From: Octopus vulgaris
Lineage: Eukaryota
Length of the DNA stretch: 64,000 nucleotides
Direction: 5' to 3'
Assembly: GCA_951406725.2 (NCBI GenBank)
Contig: OX597820.1
Location: forward strand, 4,712,001-4,776,000
This document shows, in pieces, positions 27,922 to 41,836 of the stretch. The first letter of the stretch is position 1. Every line of letters begins with the position of its first letter. A program made the translations under genes and the position numbers. The notes beneath the pieces were generated by a model, which worked only from the letters and a program-made list of their open reading frames with translations, did no database searches and was not told the DNA's origin.

Positions 27922-29506
27922 GCACGATGGGCTTCTTTCAGTTTCCGTCTACCAAATCCACTCACAAGGCTTTGGTCGGCCTGAGGCTCTAGTAGAAGAC
28001 ACTTGGCCAAGGTGCCATGCAGTGGGACTGAACCCGGAACCATGTGGTTGGGAAGCAAGCTTCCTACCACACAGCCATGCCTGAGCCTATACACACACAA
28101 ATTTGACATACAAGCAATGTAAGGATATTTTATATATCTGTATACATCACACACATACACACACACACACACATTGCCTGTATAATCAATAGCAATATAT
28201 ATATATATATTTTTATTCAAACTTTGCTATGCAAATACATCTCTGTAATATATATTTATTGTTGTATGTATATACATGTGTGTGTTTATGTATGTATGTA
28301 TGTTATACACGTATGCACTCTTATGTAATTATTTTTATTTTATTTTATATATATATATATATACACTCACTCATCTAATGCTCTGCCATTTAAACAACAG
28401 TCTGGCTTTCAGATTAGTATTTCTGCAATATACGTTTTTATTTTATTTTTATTTTATTTTTATTTTATTTTATTTTTATTTTTATTTGGAAGACTCAGTG
28501 AAAGGTCAGAAATGTCATTGTAACAAAAGCTGGTTGAGAATCAAGCAATGTCTCAGCAGATTGTTGATGGTCTGACATTGTTTGGTAGAAATAACAGAGC
28601 CTACAGTGTGTCTTGTGTGGAACCAGAAACTTTGGATGGTGGAGGGGTGGCGGTGGGGGCTGGCATAAATTAACTCTACAACCCCCACCACTGCCACCCC
28701 TTTAGTAACCTTCTACACCACCACAACCATTGTTTTTTGTATGACAACACCTCCGCCCTCTACCACACAACACCACTGCTACTCCTGTGCTCCTTACCCA
28801 TCATACCCCCCCCCCGCTGTGTTGCCCTTCCCATCATGCTCCTGTCCTGACCTTCACGTCATGCTCCTGTCTCACCTTACCTGGGCGAATGGAAACTGCG
28901 TGGAAGCCTGTTGTGTGGGGGGTTTTTTACACTGGCCGAAAAACTGATGTTGGTTGTGTTGTGCCGTGTCCGTTTATATCCCATGACTTAGCAGTTCAGT
29001 AAATAGGAATCGATAAAATAAGTACCAGACAGAACAGAAATAGGAACTGGGGGTCGATGTGGCTGGGTAAAATCCCCACTGCTCCAGCAAGGCCGCATAT
29101 TGTGGGATGGGGAGATAGCCCAGTATCCCACTGGTACTTTAAAAGGACAACACTCAACCCAGCTGTGGTTTGAACTCAGCACTAAATACAGCAAAACACT
29201 TTTCCCTGATGCTCTACCGAGTATCCTCTCCCTCCATACCTCTCTCCCTTTAATTATATGTTGTTGTTAGTGTTATCGTTGTTTCGCCTATACTGTAATT
29301 ATTGTAATATACTTTATTGTCACAACATTGTCTGGAACCCACTTCCTGTGTCTTCAAAGGAAAGGAAAGTGACCCTCACGCCTTTCTCTCCCCTTCCCCC
29401 CCATCCCCACATCCCCGCAGCCCCCCTTCCCCCTACTCTGCACAGAAAAGTAGGAAATAAAGCTGTAACCGACACCACCACCACCACCACCGCCGCCGCC
29501 ACTGTC

Positions 29507-29559
<53 letters not shown>

Positions 29560-29969
29560 TAATATGCTACTATTATTACTACTACCACCATCACCACCCC
29601 CTCCTTCGTCCACCCCCCTCCTTCGTCCACCCCCTCCTTCGTCCACCCCCCTCCTTCGTCCACCACCTCCTTCCATTGTCATCATGCTATTAATACACTG
29701 CTATTACACCACCACCACCACCGCCGCCGCCGCCACCACCACCACCACCACCACCACCGCTGCCACCGCCAAGCTATTTCTATTTAAGACAATTAATGAC
29801 CAGTGAACAAGTGGAACTGGGCTGGCATTCTTCAACCGTTGCCCCCCACCCCCACCCCCTGCCCCCCCGCCCGCTGCGCCCCCCCCCCCGATTCTACCTC
29901 CACAAACAAACACACCTCAGATAAGTGTGGAGAGGGGGGAGAGCCAGACATACACACATACCTTTCACT

Positions 29970-30021
<52 letters not shown>

Positions 30022-30406
30022 GTACACCTCACTCAACATATACATGTATATATATATATATATATATATGGTGAGGTGTATGTGTGTGTGTGTGTGTATA
30101 TATATATGTGTGTGTGTGTGTGGTGTAAGTATATATATATATATGAGAGTGAGACAGACCTATACATGTCTTTCTCACCATATATACCATATATGCACAC
30201 AATCTCATTAGTCTCTGATGTGTGTAAGACAAGAGACCTCTCTCACTATATATATACACACATATATATATATAAATATATATATGTGTGTGTATATATA
30301 TGTGTGTGTATATACATGTGTGTATGTATATATATATATATATGTGTGTATATATATATGTGTGTGTATATATATATGTGTGTGTGTATATATATATATG
30401 TGTGTG

Positions 30407-30451
<45 letters not shown>

Positions 30452-31351
30452 GTATGTTTGTATATATATATATATGTGTGTGTATATATATATATATGTG
30501 TGTGTATATATATATATATGTGTGTATATATATGCACATGTACACACACACACACACACACATGCACATATACCTGCACAAGCATACACGGGCCTGTAAT
30601 GTCACACCACGACTACATGTTCCGGGGGTGGCGGGCATGGGGATGGAGAGCCACCGTGTATTGTCTACAGTCTTTAGTTGTGACATTCTAACGCTATACC
30701 CCCCCACCCCACCCCACCCCACCCCCCCCTCTTGCCATCAGCTGATTGCTTGCAATTGACTGCTGTAAACTACATTGACTGTAGGAAGTACCATTGCCAC
30801 CGCCACCCCACACACACACTGTGTTGGTGGTGGTGGTGGTGGCGGTGGTGGTGGTGGCGGTGGTGGTGGAGGGTTTACAGGTAAGACACACAGACATGCA
30901 CTACCAAGCAACTGCTGTAAAAGACAGACAGGTGGAAGGGAACGAAACTCAGTGATTAGTTTGCTGGGGCCGGGAGGGGGGGGGGTGGCATAGAGAAAGA
31001 CAGGCAGCTAGAAGAAGGTTGAGTACTACTATTACTACTACTACTACTACTACTCAGTCACTAGTTGGTGACAAGGGTATGGAGAAATTGACAGACAGAC
31101 AGACAGAGGTGGTTGACAACAGCTACTACTACTGCTGCTGCTACTGCTACTACAGGCTCATTTAATTAGTCAGTGTCCACACTAATTAGGGACAACTTTA
31201 GAGAGCTGATTAGTCATTCTATTGAATGGACACTCTGAGATGATGGACTTTCTTCTTTTTCCCAATCACTTTGTTGTAGAAATTGTCACCTGTTAATTAA
31301 CTGCTGTATATATATATATATACACACACAGTCGCATAATATACACACTGG

Positions 31352-31389
<38 letters not shown>

Positions 31390-32182
31390 CAGATATATTC
31401 ACTTGTAGCATTTGCCACTAGTTAATTAACTACCATGTATATACCATGTATACACACATCTATATACTGAGTATATATATATGTATATATATAAACATGT
31501 ATGCAAATACTCCTTTCATGTACATATATGGCTAGATACGCACACACACATTCATACAACCAATCACTCAATCACACACGCATACTGATATACACGCACA
31601 TTTACACACACATCTAAACATATACACAGCCAAGTGTGTGTGTATAGACCTATCAAACCACATGTGTGTATGTGTGTGTGTTATATGCATGCATATACAC
31701 ATACATACATGTATGTATGTATATGCCTGTATATAACAAACTATTAGTGACTGCACCGGTTGCCAAACTCTTGCAGACTTTCAGCAGAAACCAAATTCCT
31801 TGAGGAAAACATTTAATGCCTTTAATATTCTTGTATTTCCCCTGAGGAATAATTAAGTTTTGAGAAAATTTCTTGTTTCAGATGTAATTAACCAGCACCC
31901 TCAACTCCTCCCGCATCACCCACCCACATTGGATGCCATGCTACCGTTTCGCTTTGAATGTGAAAAAGTTTAATAATTCTTTAATGGGGTGGTGGTTGTG
32001 ATGGTGGGGATTTTGTGTGTGTGTGTGTGTAGGCATGTGGTGAAGTAGTTTGCTTCACAGCCCCTTGGTTCTCGGTTCAGTCCCCATGCACAGCTGTTTG
32101 TCACGGAAATCATTCATGTCTATGTATACATACACACACACAGATTGTCAGCTTCTTTTTAAATTCATAGGAAATAAAGTTG

Positions 32183-32224
<42 letters not shown>

Positions 32225-32882
32225 GTGTGTGTGTGTGTGTTTGTATATATGTTTGTCCACCCTCCCTGTTGCTTGACAACCAATGTTGGTTTGTTTATGA
32301 CCCTGTAACCTAGCAGTTTAACAAAAGAGACCGATAGGATATGTACTAGTGTAAGTACAAAGTAGAAGCTCTGGGGTTGATTTCTTCAACTAAAGGCAAT
32401 GCTCCAGCATGGGCGCTGTCAAATGACTGAAGCAAAAGAATAAAAGAATATATATATATATGAATGCATGCATGTATATATCGATGTGTTTGTGCACCTA
32501 TTATGTGTGTGTATGTATATGTATGCACACACACACAGCAAATGTGTGTGTGTGTGATTATATATATATATATATATATTTGTAGTTCTTATTGATGTTG
32601 GTTACCAATATGTTGGGGATATTTTTTGAAGGCATTAATGTAGGGTTCATGGGAGGTTTCACTTAATCCTCTTGAAAAAAGGCATGAATGATGCCACCTC
32701 TTCGTCTTACAACACTTGCCCCCCCCCCCCCGCAGCTCCACAACACCTAATGTATTCTGGATCCAACTGTTCCACCCTGGGGACAGTAACAGGGATGGGG
32801 TTAGGGGATATAATTTCTAATTAATTCTCACATTCCTCATTCTCTTTCAATTAAAGTGCTTTCCTTTTAAAAACAGTGTGTG

Positions 32883-32916
<34 letters not shown>

Positions 32917-33033
32917 TCTGGGTGTGTATATGTGTTTTAATGCACTGTATGTGCATGTCTGTTTCTAATTCTGGCATAAATTGGGTACATACAAACACGT
33001 ATGCATATCTGTGTGTCTTTCTTTTTTTCTCTC

Positions 33034-33081
<48 letters not shown>

Positions 33082-33162
33082 AGTAATCCTCCCAAAAAAT
33101 ACAACATGAGGGCGTGGTACATGTAAAGTATTAGCAGACACTCAGGGAAGGAAAGAAAGGTA

Positions 33163-33197
33163 GTTTTACATTTCGAGCAGTGCTCTTCTTCAGGAAC
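33163..33197 (-). ncRNA. Minimal hammerhead motif (GAGC/GCTC family), decayed
   Basis: Minus strand GTTC-CTGAAGA-A-GAGC-act-GCTC-GAAA-TGTA-AAAC; host element about 33083-33265 between (TA)n tracts. Confidence 0.6.
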
Positions 33198-33262
33198 AGG
33201 AGACAGAGGAAAGTCCAAGAGAAAAGGAAGATGGATGAAAGAAATCACCAACGATCCATGTG

Positions 33263-33340
<78 letters not shown>

Positions 33341-33719
33341 GGTGCAGAACAATTGTTAAATGTATTGGTCCCAACCTGGTGCCACTCTTTATGTCCTCAC
33401 CCCACCCTGGTGCCATCAGCTATGTCCTCAATATTCTCAGATCTTTCATTAATAGCCACTATAAATTACCCTCTTACCTTCGTTATTTCTATTTATTTTT
33501 CTCTCATTAGGCTGCACTCCAAACCCATCATCATCATCACTATTATTATTATTATATCTACATTGTTCTGTTATTACTTTGCCCCTCCACCCCCATCACC
33601 GACATGGCAACCACTATTGAAACCACCCCACTTCCATCACCATGGCCCCCCTATCACCATCTTCACCACCACCACCACCACTATCAGTCAGGTAAAACTG
33701 GTCAGTTGGTCATCTAAAA

Positions 33720-34045
33720 AACTAAACTCTCCGTCAGTTACGATGACGAGGGTTCCAGTTGATGCGATCAGTGGAACAGCTTGCTCGTGAGATTAACGTG
33801 CAAGTGGCTGAGCACTCCACAGACACGTGTGCCCTTAATGTAGTTTTGGGGTAGATTCAGTGTAACACAGAATGTGACAAGACTAGCCCTTTGAATTACG
33901 GGTAAAACCCTTTTTTGCCATCTGAGTGGACTGGAGCAACGTGAAATAAAGTGTCTTGCCCAAGGAGACAATGTGCCACTGGGAATTGAACTCACAACTT
34001 TAGGATCGCAAGCCAAATACTCTGACCACTCAGCCACAGGCCTTC
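33720..34045 (-). mobile_element. tRNA-derived SINE (family D)
   Basis: Minus-strand head TGGCTGAGTGGTCAGAG...GAGTTCAATTCC, then CCTTGGGCAAGACACTTTATTTCACGTTGCTCCAGTCCACTCAG. Related fragments at about 10330-10430 and 18200-18435. Confidence 0.8.
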
Positions 34046-34320
34046 ACAGTTGGTCATCTTTTATAGTTACAATGTTTACTCCCTTCAAATATTGTTACTC
34101 TTTCACTGGCTCCTTCCTCTTCAGTGCTCCCTCATCAATACTTCTCCTTTCCCAATACATGCTACTGCCACCCATCCTACTCCCTTTCATTAGGGTCGAT
34201 CATCCTTCCCCCCCCCCACAATTGATCCCACTGGAATCCATCTTATACATCAGCAAAGTCCATATCATGAGTCAGGGAGGACAAAGAGGCAGTGGTCCTA
34301 TTTTCATGAAACAACAACAC

Positions 34321-34334
34321 GTTGCTATGGCAAC
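34321..34334. promoter_or_regulatory. RFX X-box-like palindrome
   Basis: GTTGCTATGGCAAC; AP-1-type TGAGTCA at 34268-34274 nearby. Confidence 0.45.
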
Positions 34335-34731
34335 ATAGCTGTTGCAGACTCCCCACCGCCACCACCATCACCACACGCTCCCTGTTTCCACTTGTAACCA
34401 AGGACAACAATGAGTGTCCATGCCATTTCTGGGCACACCCAGTGACATCATTGTTTGTCCTCTCTCTCAACCCTTTCATATATGTGTATGTGTACACACA
34501 CACACACACACATTGTCTATTTCAGCCAGTTGCTATTCTCTCTCTCTCTCTCTCTCTCTCCCTCCTTACATTGACATAATTATTAATTAGCTACATACAT
34601 CATCAGTGGTTGACTCAGTTAATTAGTCTGTACTCTTCTACTTTCACATCTACTTTCCACTCGCAATCACCCATTATAATGGGTGTATACATAAATATAT
34701 AAACATGCATACATATCTATATCTAGTCATA

Positions 34732-34771
<40 letters not shown>

Positions 34772-35047
34772 CATATATACATGCATACATAGATGTATAT
34801 ATGCATAAATACACACATATTTACGCATATACATACACACACACATATATATATATACACACATATACATACACATATATATACACACACACACACACAC
34901 ATATATGTATATACATACGTATATATATATATACATATATTACTTTTATTCTCTTATTTCCCCTTTATACTTCTTATTTCCATCCTTTTCCAAAATAGCT
35001 CCTTTTATTGAACTCTAATATTTCCCTCTACTTCAGCATCTCACATC

Positions 35048-35095
35048 GTCTCTGATGAAGGGACATCCCTAATACCCCAGAAACAACTGTAAGAC
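35048..35095 (+). ncRNA. Type I hammerhead motif in Penelope-like remnant
   Basis: GTCT-CTGATGA-A-GGG...CCCCA-GAAA-CAACTG-TA-AGAC; stem I GTCT/AGAC, near-palindromic stem III, GUA triplet. Confidence 0.65.
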
Positions 35096-36540
35096 TAACT
35101 TTCTCTTTATAAACATCCTGAACATTCCACACACCCTTGGCTTTGTTGTCTCTTTTTATTTAACATACAAGACTCGCATTAGATTCCTCACTTGTATCAT
35201 TATCGAACTGAGAGTTTAACTATGGTCCTGGCCCTTACATAGCACTTACATAGCCTTACCTGCTACCTTGGGTCTTCTGGATACCAATATCCCCCATATA
35301 TATATAGGCACAGGCACGGCAAGACGTTTACTTGCCAGTCACATGGTTGCAGGTTCAGTCCCACTGTATGGCATCTTAGACAAGGTGTCTTCTTTTACAG
35401 TCTTGGGTTGACCAAAACCTTGTTAGTAGATTTGGTGGTAGATGGAAACTGCAAGAAGCCCATCGTATGTCATCATTGTTTAATGTCCACCTTCCATGCT
35501 GGTATGGGCTGGATGGTTTGGCAGGAGCTGACCAGTTGGAAGACTTGCACCAGACTTCTGTGTGTCTTTTTTGACACGGTTTTTTTCAACTGGATGCCCT
35601 TCCTAACACCGACCACCCTGCAGAGTGGATGTAAGATAGAAGTAGTGCTGGGATTGGAGAGAGAGAAGGAAAAAAAAGGTGGTGGGGTTGATTTGGTCAA
35701 CTAAGAATTCTTCAAGATTGTGTCCCAGCATGGCCGCAACCCAATGACTGCAACGAGTAAAAGACACACACACACACATTTATATAAGTAACTATATAAC
35801 TATATGAGTGTCTATGTATCTAGGTTAATATGTAAATACATAATATCCTAACAATGATACAAAGAGAAGTTCGTAAGGCAGGCATGGTTCCTTTCTTTAT
35901 TTATAGACAGATCCATAAAAAGTCTTTGAATGTTCCTAAGGAAAAATATTTCATTTTTCTTTGCTTTTTTTTTTTGCTTTTTTATTGTGGTGTTGTCAAA
36001 AACTGGGGACTCTCATAACACACACATGCACACACACATATTTATGTATACACACACAATGCAAGAATTGAATCTGATATGCAAGAATGCCAGAAGGAAG
36101 AACACCAGAGTGGAAGGTTTTCTCTTTCCCTGCGAAAAAAAAAAAAAAAAGCCTGTTAGACACATTTAAGTAGATGGGGTGTGTGGGAGTGGGCGTGGGT
36201 GGGGGCTGATAACAACAGTGCTAATGTACTTCTCTTTCCCCCCCACTCTATACCCCTCCCCCCCCCCCGTCTTCTCTATTCTTCTGTTGCTGCTGGCAAC
36301 TATTTTGATGAAAGGTGGGCAGCAAAATAAATACAGCCTGGTCAAAGACAGCAATAGGTACCCACCACCACTACCACCAGCGCTACCATGGTTGGTGGGT
36401 GGTTGTGGGGAGGAGGAAAAGGTATGGGTGGCAGCGGTGGGGTGGGGGTGTAGGTTAAATAAATAAATTAATAAACAAGAAAAGGGGAGAAAGTTTACAA
36501 GATATTGAGATTTCAAAGGATGATAAAGAGGCAAATAGGA

Positions 36541-36594
<54 letters not shown>

Positions 36595-37033
36595 CATCAG
36601 CATCATCGTTATAGAAAGAAAAAGAGAGAGAGAGAGAGAGAGAGAGCAAGCTGTGTGTGTGTGTGTGTGTGTTAGTCATCAGTTGTTTTTCTTGGTGTTT
36701 CTGTTTTGTCCATCGGATGACCCGGTCACCACGGTGTCCATCTGCTCAGACACACCCCTACAACAACTGCGGATCCCGGACTCCTTTGACGTGGTGGAGG
36801 TGGACTGAGTCCGTGTTACTGTGCCACCATGACCACCACCACCACCACCACCACCACTACTACTCGGGACTCGGGACAGTGTTCCCCATGGAGAGCTCTG
36901 AACTGTTTGCCCCCACCTTGTATCCAATTTAACTCCCCTTTTACATGACCAAGTGTCATACATGTGTGTGTGTGTGTGTGCATGTGTGTGTAAAAAATGT
37001 ATGTAATTATGTCTATTATTCAGTGTGTGTGTC

Positions 37034-37087
<54 letters not shown>

Positions 37088-38992
37088 ATGTATGTATATA
37101 TATATATGTCTATTATTCAGTGTGTTAGTCCCTCTCTTTCTCCACCCCCCTCCATCACTTATCTTGGCGGAGGGTGTGTGTGGAGGGAAATTATAAACAA
37201 ACCTTAATGGTATTTGCTATAACTTTATTCTTTTTGTGTGTGTGTGTGCATAAGCACAGGTGTGTGTGTGTGTGTATGTATATATATATATACACACACA
37301 CACATACACACATGCAAATGTATATGTGTACATAAACATAGAACCACACACACATATGCAAAAGTTCTTAGTTGCATGTTGTTTATTTGTGAAGCACTGC
37401 TCTCTCTCTCTCTCTTCTGCCCCACTCCATGCCCACGACTACCCCCCACCCCACCCTTCATCTGCCCTACCTAACCCTAAGGATATTTCGACTTGATGCT
37501 ATTTCTTTGAGTCACATGATGTACCTTCTGCTATCTTAGCTCACCCTATTGTATTGGTTGTCCTTATCACCACAACAACATCGTCATCATCATCATCATC
37601 ATCGCCATTATCCCACATTAGTTTTGGCATCAGATCTCCCTGCTATGTGTGTGGCAGCAATAACTTCTTTTGTTCTTACAAATCTACCAAAGTCTTTCCT
37701 TTTTGTCTTGTGTTCTTTCTTTCTTTCTTTCTTTCTTTCCACTTTGTTTGGTTTTTCTCGCGATTGCTAGAAGTCTTTTCCACGTATATTTGTTCTGGCT
37801 TTTAGCGTCAGTGCCAGCCAGCAGCTATACCGGAATATTCGTTTCGGTGTATATGAAGTATGAGAGATTATATTTCTGTTCAATCAATGGGAGAGGATGG
37901 GAATTCCTGCAGACCTCTCCACGGCAGAAACCAATATTGGAATATGTCCGGTGGCAATTAAAATTATTTGGTAAACTGACAGAGCAGCGCTGAGTTCTGT
38001 AGAAACTCAATGTAAGAGCTTCTAGTAAGGCATTCACAGAAAGGGTGAGGAATTGTGTAGATAAATCCAGTTTTTATTGCTTTGGAATTGTAATGTCTAC
38101 AAGTGACTCCCTAGTTTATAACTGGTATGGTACACGAGTTAAAGCCCAGGTCAGCTGTAATCTCATTGACCTCTGATCAAACATCTTTAATGACCATCCA
38201 ATCTGTATTTTCCAATGTTGTGTTGCTGCTGTTGTTAAGCTCCAAATTAACCGGTGTTCCAGTTATGACCATCATGCATATTTTTTCTGACATAATGTCT
38301 CTCGGACTCCTTTATCTAATATGGCCTTCCTTTTACAAACTTGTATGATGTGGAACTATCACTGCTATTTCTGGCAGATTGCAGGACTGCCTAACTGTTC
38401 CTTTATCAACTCAACTAAATGATTCAGATTAGACAAGGATTATTGTAAAAGGGATCCATCTCTTGTTTGATTTAAGGGGTTTCTAAAGTTGATATCACTA
38501 CAGACACCTGACTAGACAGGTGATATATCACGATATCTTCATAGGTGATATCTCAGGGGAGATAACATGAGAAACTAATGATAGCTTTTAATTCCTTAGA
38601 CGTCACCTCTTAATAATGATATCCATGTGTGCTTAAACTCTGTGTGTGTGTGTGTTAATGCTTGCTTTTATGTTCAGTTATAATAAAAACAATTTTGCAT
38701 TAATCTGAAGTGTTACTCTGTACTTTTGTAGAGTACAAATTTATTATTCTTAGACAAGTACGTTGTTGACAGTGACTTCAAAGTTTCAACTAGTTAAGAA
38801 TAATAAATACACACGCTCGTACATACATGAACCTGTGTGTGTTTAACCATTGACTGTGTATGTGTATGTGAAACTCTTTTCCTCTCTCTCTCTGTTTTGA
38901 GAAAAATTGATCTTGGCAAAATCCCCAAAACAGAACATCACCAGTCACAACTAAATACTATTTTATGTACATCAAGTGTTTACTTTTATCTC

Positions 38993-39026
<34 letters not shown>

Positions 39027-39119
39027 AATGAATCTGTTATTCATTATATGTATGTGTGTGTGTATGCATATCTGTCTTATACGTAATATTGGTACATGTC
39101 ATACATAGTCAATGTTTAT

Positions 39120-39155
<36 letters not shown>

Positions 39156-39632
39156 GTAGGCACGCAGCCTTGACTATGTAGTCAAGAAGTTTGTTTCCCA
39201 ACCAAGGCCTTCAGAGCGGATTTGCTAAACAGAAACTAAAAGAAGCCTACAGAGTGTGTGTGTGTGTGTTTCGTTGCCTTGACATAGCATGATAGTAATA
39301 ATAAATAATCATCACGATGCAAATGGTGTAGTTTCTTTCCAGTCTTTGATGATGCTATGTCTGACCGTGGGGGGGTGGAACATTACTTTGCCTAGAAACA
39401 GGTGAGGGTTGGTGACAGGAAGAGCATCTTGCTGTAGAACCTCTGCCTGCCCCCCAACAAAACTCATCTGACCCATGCAAGCAGGGAAAAGTGGTATTTT
39501 AGTAATGATGATGATGTACACACAGTGAATGTGTGTCTGTGTGTCTATATATATGTAATTTATATATATGCATTCAATGTCTATGTGTGTGTGTATATAC
39601 TATACGTTTTTTTTTTTGTTCTTGTATTGCAG

Positions 39633-39761
39633 TGGATGCCTGTGAACAACAGCAGGAGAATAATGGTCAACAGGCAGCAGTTGAGGCACTCATCAGCCTG
39701 GATTCTCCAACAGCAACCTATGATAACAAATGTCTACCATTTGTAATTCCTCCACATTCAG
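39633..39761 (+). CDS. E74/ELF-family ETS transcription factor, coding exon (Elf-1 N-terminal-like motif)
   Basis: Acceptor ttcttgtattgcag, donor CAG|gtaaga; 129 nt, phase 1-1. Translates (V)DACEQQQENNGQQAAVEALISLDSPTATYDNKCLPFVIPPHS(G), resembling the ELF1/ELF2 motif VEAS...EAAEALLxMDSP. In frame with the downstream exons. Confidence 0.88.
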
Positions 39762-39896
39762 GTAAGAAGACACTCTCATACGTTGCGCACTACACACACA
39801 CACACATACACACACACACACACACACGCACATTGTGTAATCTCTGCATCACAACTTATGCAGAGATTACACAACATATTTTACAGACACATACTC

Positions 39897-39962
<66 letters not shown>

Positions 39963-39964
39963 TG

Positions 39965-40273
39965 GAAAAAATTCGTTATAGGTATAAAGATACCATAAAC
40001 AAGTATAAAAATGGAGAAAATATGTTAAAATCAAAATCGAATTCAATAAATACACACGTTTCAAAATACAATATTTAAGAAAAAATAATAATTATTATTA
40101 TTATAATTAAAATGTATAACTTTAATTATAATTATTATTATTATAATTTTTTCTTAAATATTTGTATTGTCTTTTGAAACGTGTGTATGTATTGAATTCA
40201 GTTTTGATTTTAACATATTTTCTCCACTTTTATACCTGTTCATGGTATATTTATACCTATAACGAATTTTTTC
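39965..40273. repeat. Imperfect inverted repeat (arms about 150 bp), intronic
   Basis: gaaaaaattcgttataggtataaa... mirrors ...tttatacctataacgaattttttc, centre about 40115; follows a (TA)n tract. Confidence 0.85.
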
Positions 40274-40529
40274 TATTGTTATTTTCATATTCTTAATACT
40301 TGCTCTGGCTGATTTTTTATGAATATGATGAATTTTTTTTTGGAAATTATGTTTTCTCTCTTTTTGGATCCTTCAAAAAGTTTGAATTGTTCTTTTTGAA
40401 CTTATTTTTTGTCATATATATATAAATAAAACACCACACAAATTGCAACATACTTTGGCAACACAATGCATTCTAACAACCTAATCTTTACTTGGTCAAA
40501 CTGGTTTGCTAGACACAACAGTCAAATCT

Positions 40530-41110
40530 CTGGTGAGATTGATGCCATGAATGTTTTATTTGAGCTGTTGTTGATCAACATCTGCAAGAAAGACATGAAC
40601 GGCAAGGGGTGGAGGGTTTCAGAGGGTCAGTGTACTGGGGTGGAAGGAGTGGGGCTAATGGTGAGTGCAGTGTCTAGCAGTAGAGTCAGACACAACAGGG
40701 ATGATGAGAAGTGACGGAAAAAAGGTTCAGGAGTGTTTGAGTGGTGGCAGTATAAAATCACGCAGCTCCGCTGAACAGAGGCCATTGTAGTAGTAGTAGA
40801 AAAAACTGAGAGTGGACACAGCACTCCTGTGTACCAAAGGGTGGAATTTGTTCAATTACTAACTGTCACTCAATCAAGTGGCCCTTCTCTGGATGCATTC
40901 CAGGATATTCGTGTGCCTAATGACAGTAGTACTGACCCAGATGTTGGAGCAGAATTACACCATGGGCCCCACTGCAGCCTTGTAAGAGTGTTAGTAACTG
41001 TTTGGGGGGTGGGAATGAAATATTGTCTGAGATGTGGTCCCTACTATGTTAAGGATTTGCTTTTGCCAAGAGAATTCCTTGCTGGTACTGAGGCCTGGCA
41101 TTTGGGGTGC
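40530..41110 (-). mobile_element. CR1-group LINE 3' remnant (ORF2 C-terminus)
   Basis: Frameshifted minus-strand translation includes LLTLYKA.V.P...CSNIW, ILECIQRRA, PLVHRSAVSTLSFFYYYYNGLCSAEL, typical of CR1/Zenon-type ORF2 ends. Confidence 0.72.
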
Positions 41111-41758
41111 CTGTGATGGTTCTGTCTGCATAGTGCTCATGTTTAGGGATATATCATCATCATCGTTGTTTAATGTCCGCTTTCCATGCTGGCATGGGTT
41201 GGATGGTTTGACTGATGAGGGCTGGCAAGCCAGAAGGTTGCACTAGACTCCAGTCTGATCTGGTAGTGTTTCTACAGCTGGATGCCCTTCCTAACACCAA
41301 TCACTCCGAGAGTGTAGTGGGTGCTTTTTACATGCCACCGGCACGAGGGGCAGTACTGGCATCGACATGCTCAAATGGTGCTTTTTACATGCCACCGGCA
41401 CGGGGAGCCAGTTAGATGATGCTTTAATTATAAATATACATCTTTCATGCTGTATATGTGAATTAAAATATCTATGTGGATGTTTTTATCTGCATTAAAG
41501 ATAGGGCAATTATATAACTTTCATTTATATCCTTGCTTGTGTGTTTGTACTTTAAATATTGTAAATATATACACTTGAAATCATACTCACTCTACATACA
41601 GTTTGTTAATGTATATGTACATATTCTTGTTTTTGCTCATTCATCACACACACATTTTATACATGCATTAATGAGAGGGTGAAAGTTTGTTAATGTGTAT
41701 ATATATACACACGTATATACACTATTAATATTCTGTTTGTGTGTTGTTCTTGATCCAG

Positions 41759-41836
41759 GATCTCTTCCCCCCAGCCCAGCTGACAGTGGTTTCTGTGATT
41801 TAGAGACTAACCAGGATGATTTCCGCCGAGTACCAA
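41759..41836 (+). CDS. E74/ELF-family ETS factor, coding exon with LPPSPADSG motif
   Basis: Acceptor ttcttgatccag, donor CAA|gtaagc; 78 nt, phase 1-1. Translates (G)SLPPSPADSGFCDLETNQDDFRRVP(I); LPPSPADSG is the conserved motif of insect E74. Confidence 0.9.

Noticed and set aside
373-35011. Numerous long ORFs rich in YI/CV/HT
   Set aside because: Translations of (TA)n, (TG)n and (CA)n microsatellites, which lack stops in some frames.
36657-36932. His-rich or Thr-rich small ORFs with a Kozak-like GCCACCATG
   Set aside because: Driven by a (CCA)n repeat; no recognisable domain or usable splice donor. Kept only as a possible 5' UTR/CpG patch.
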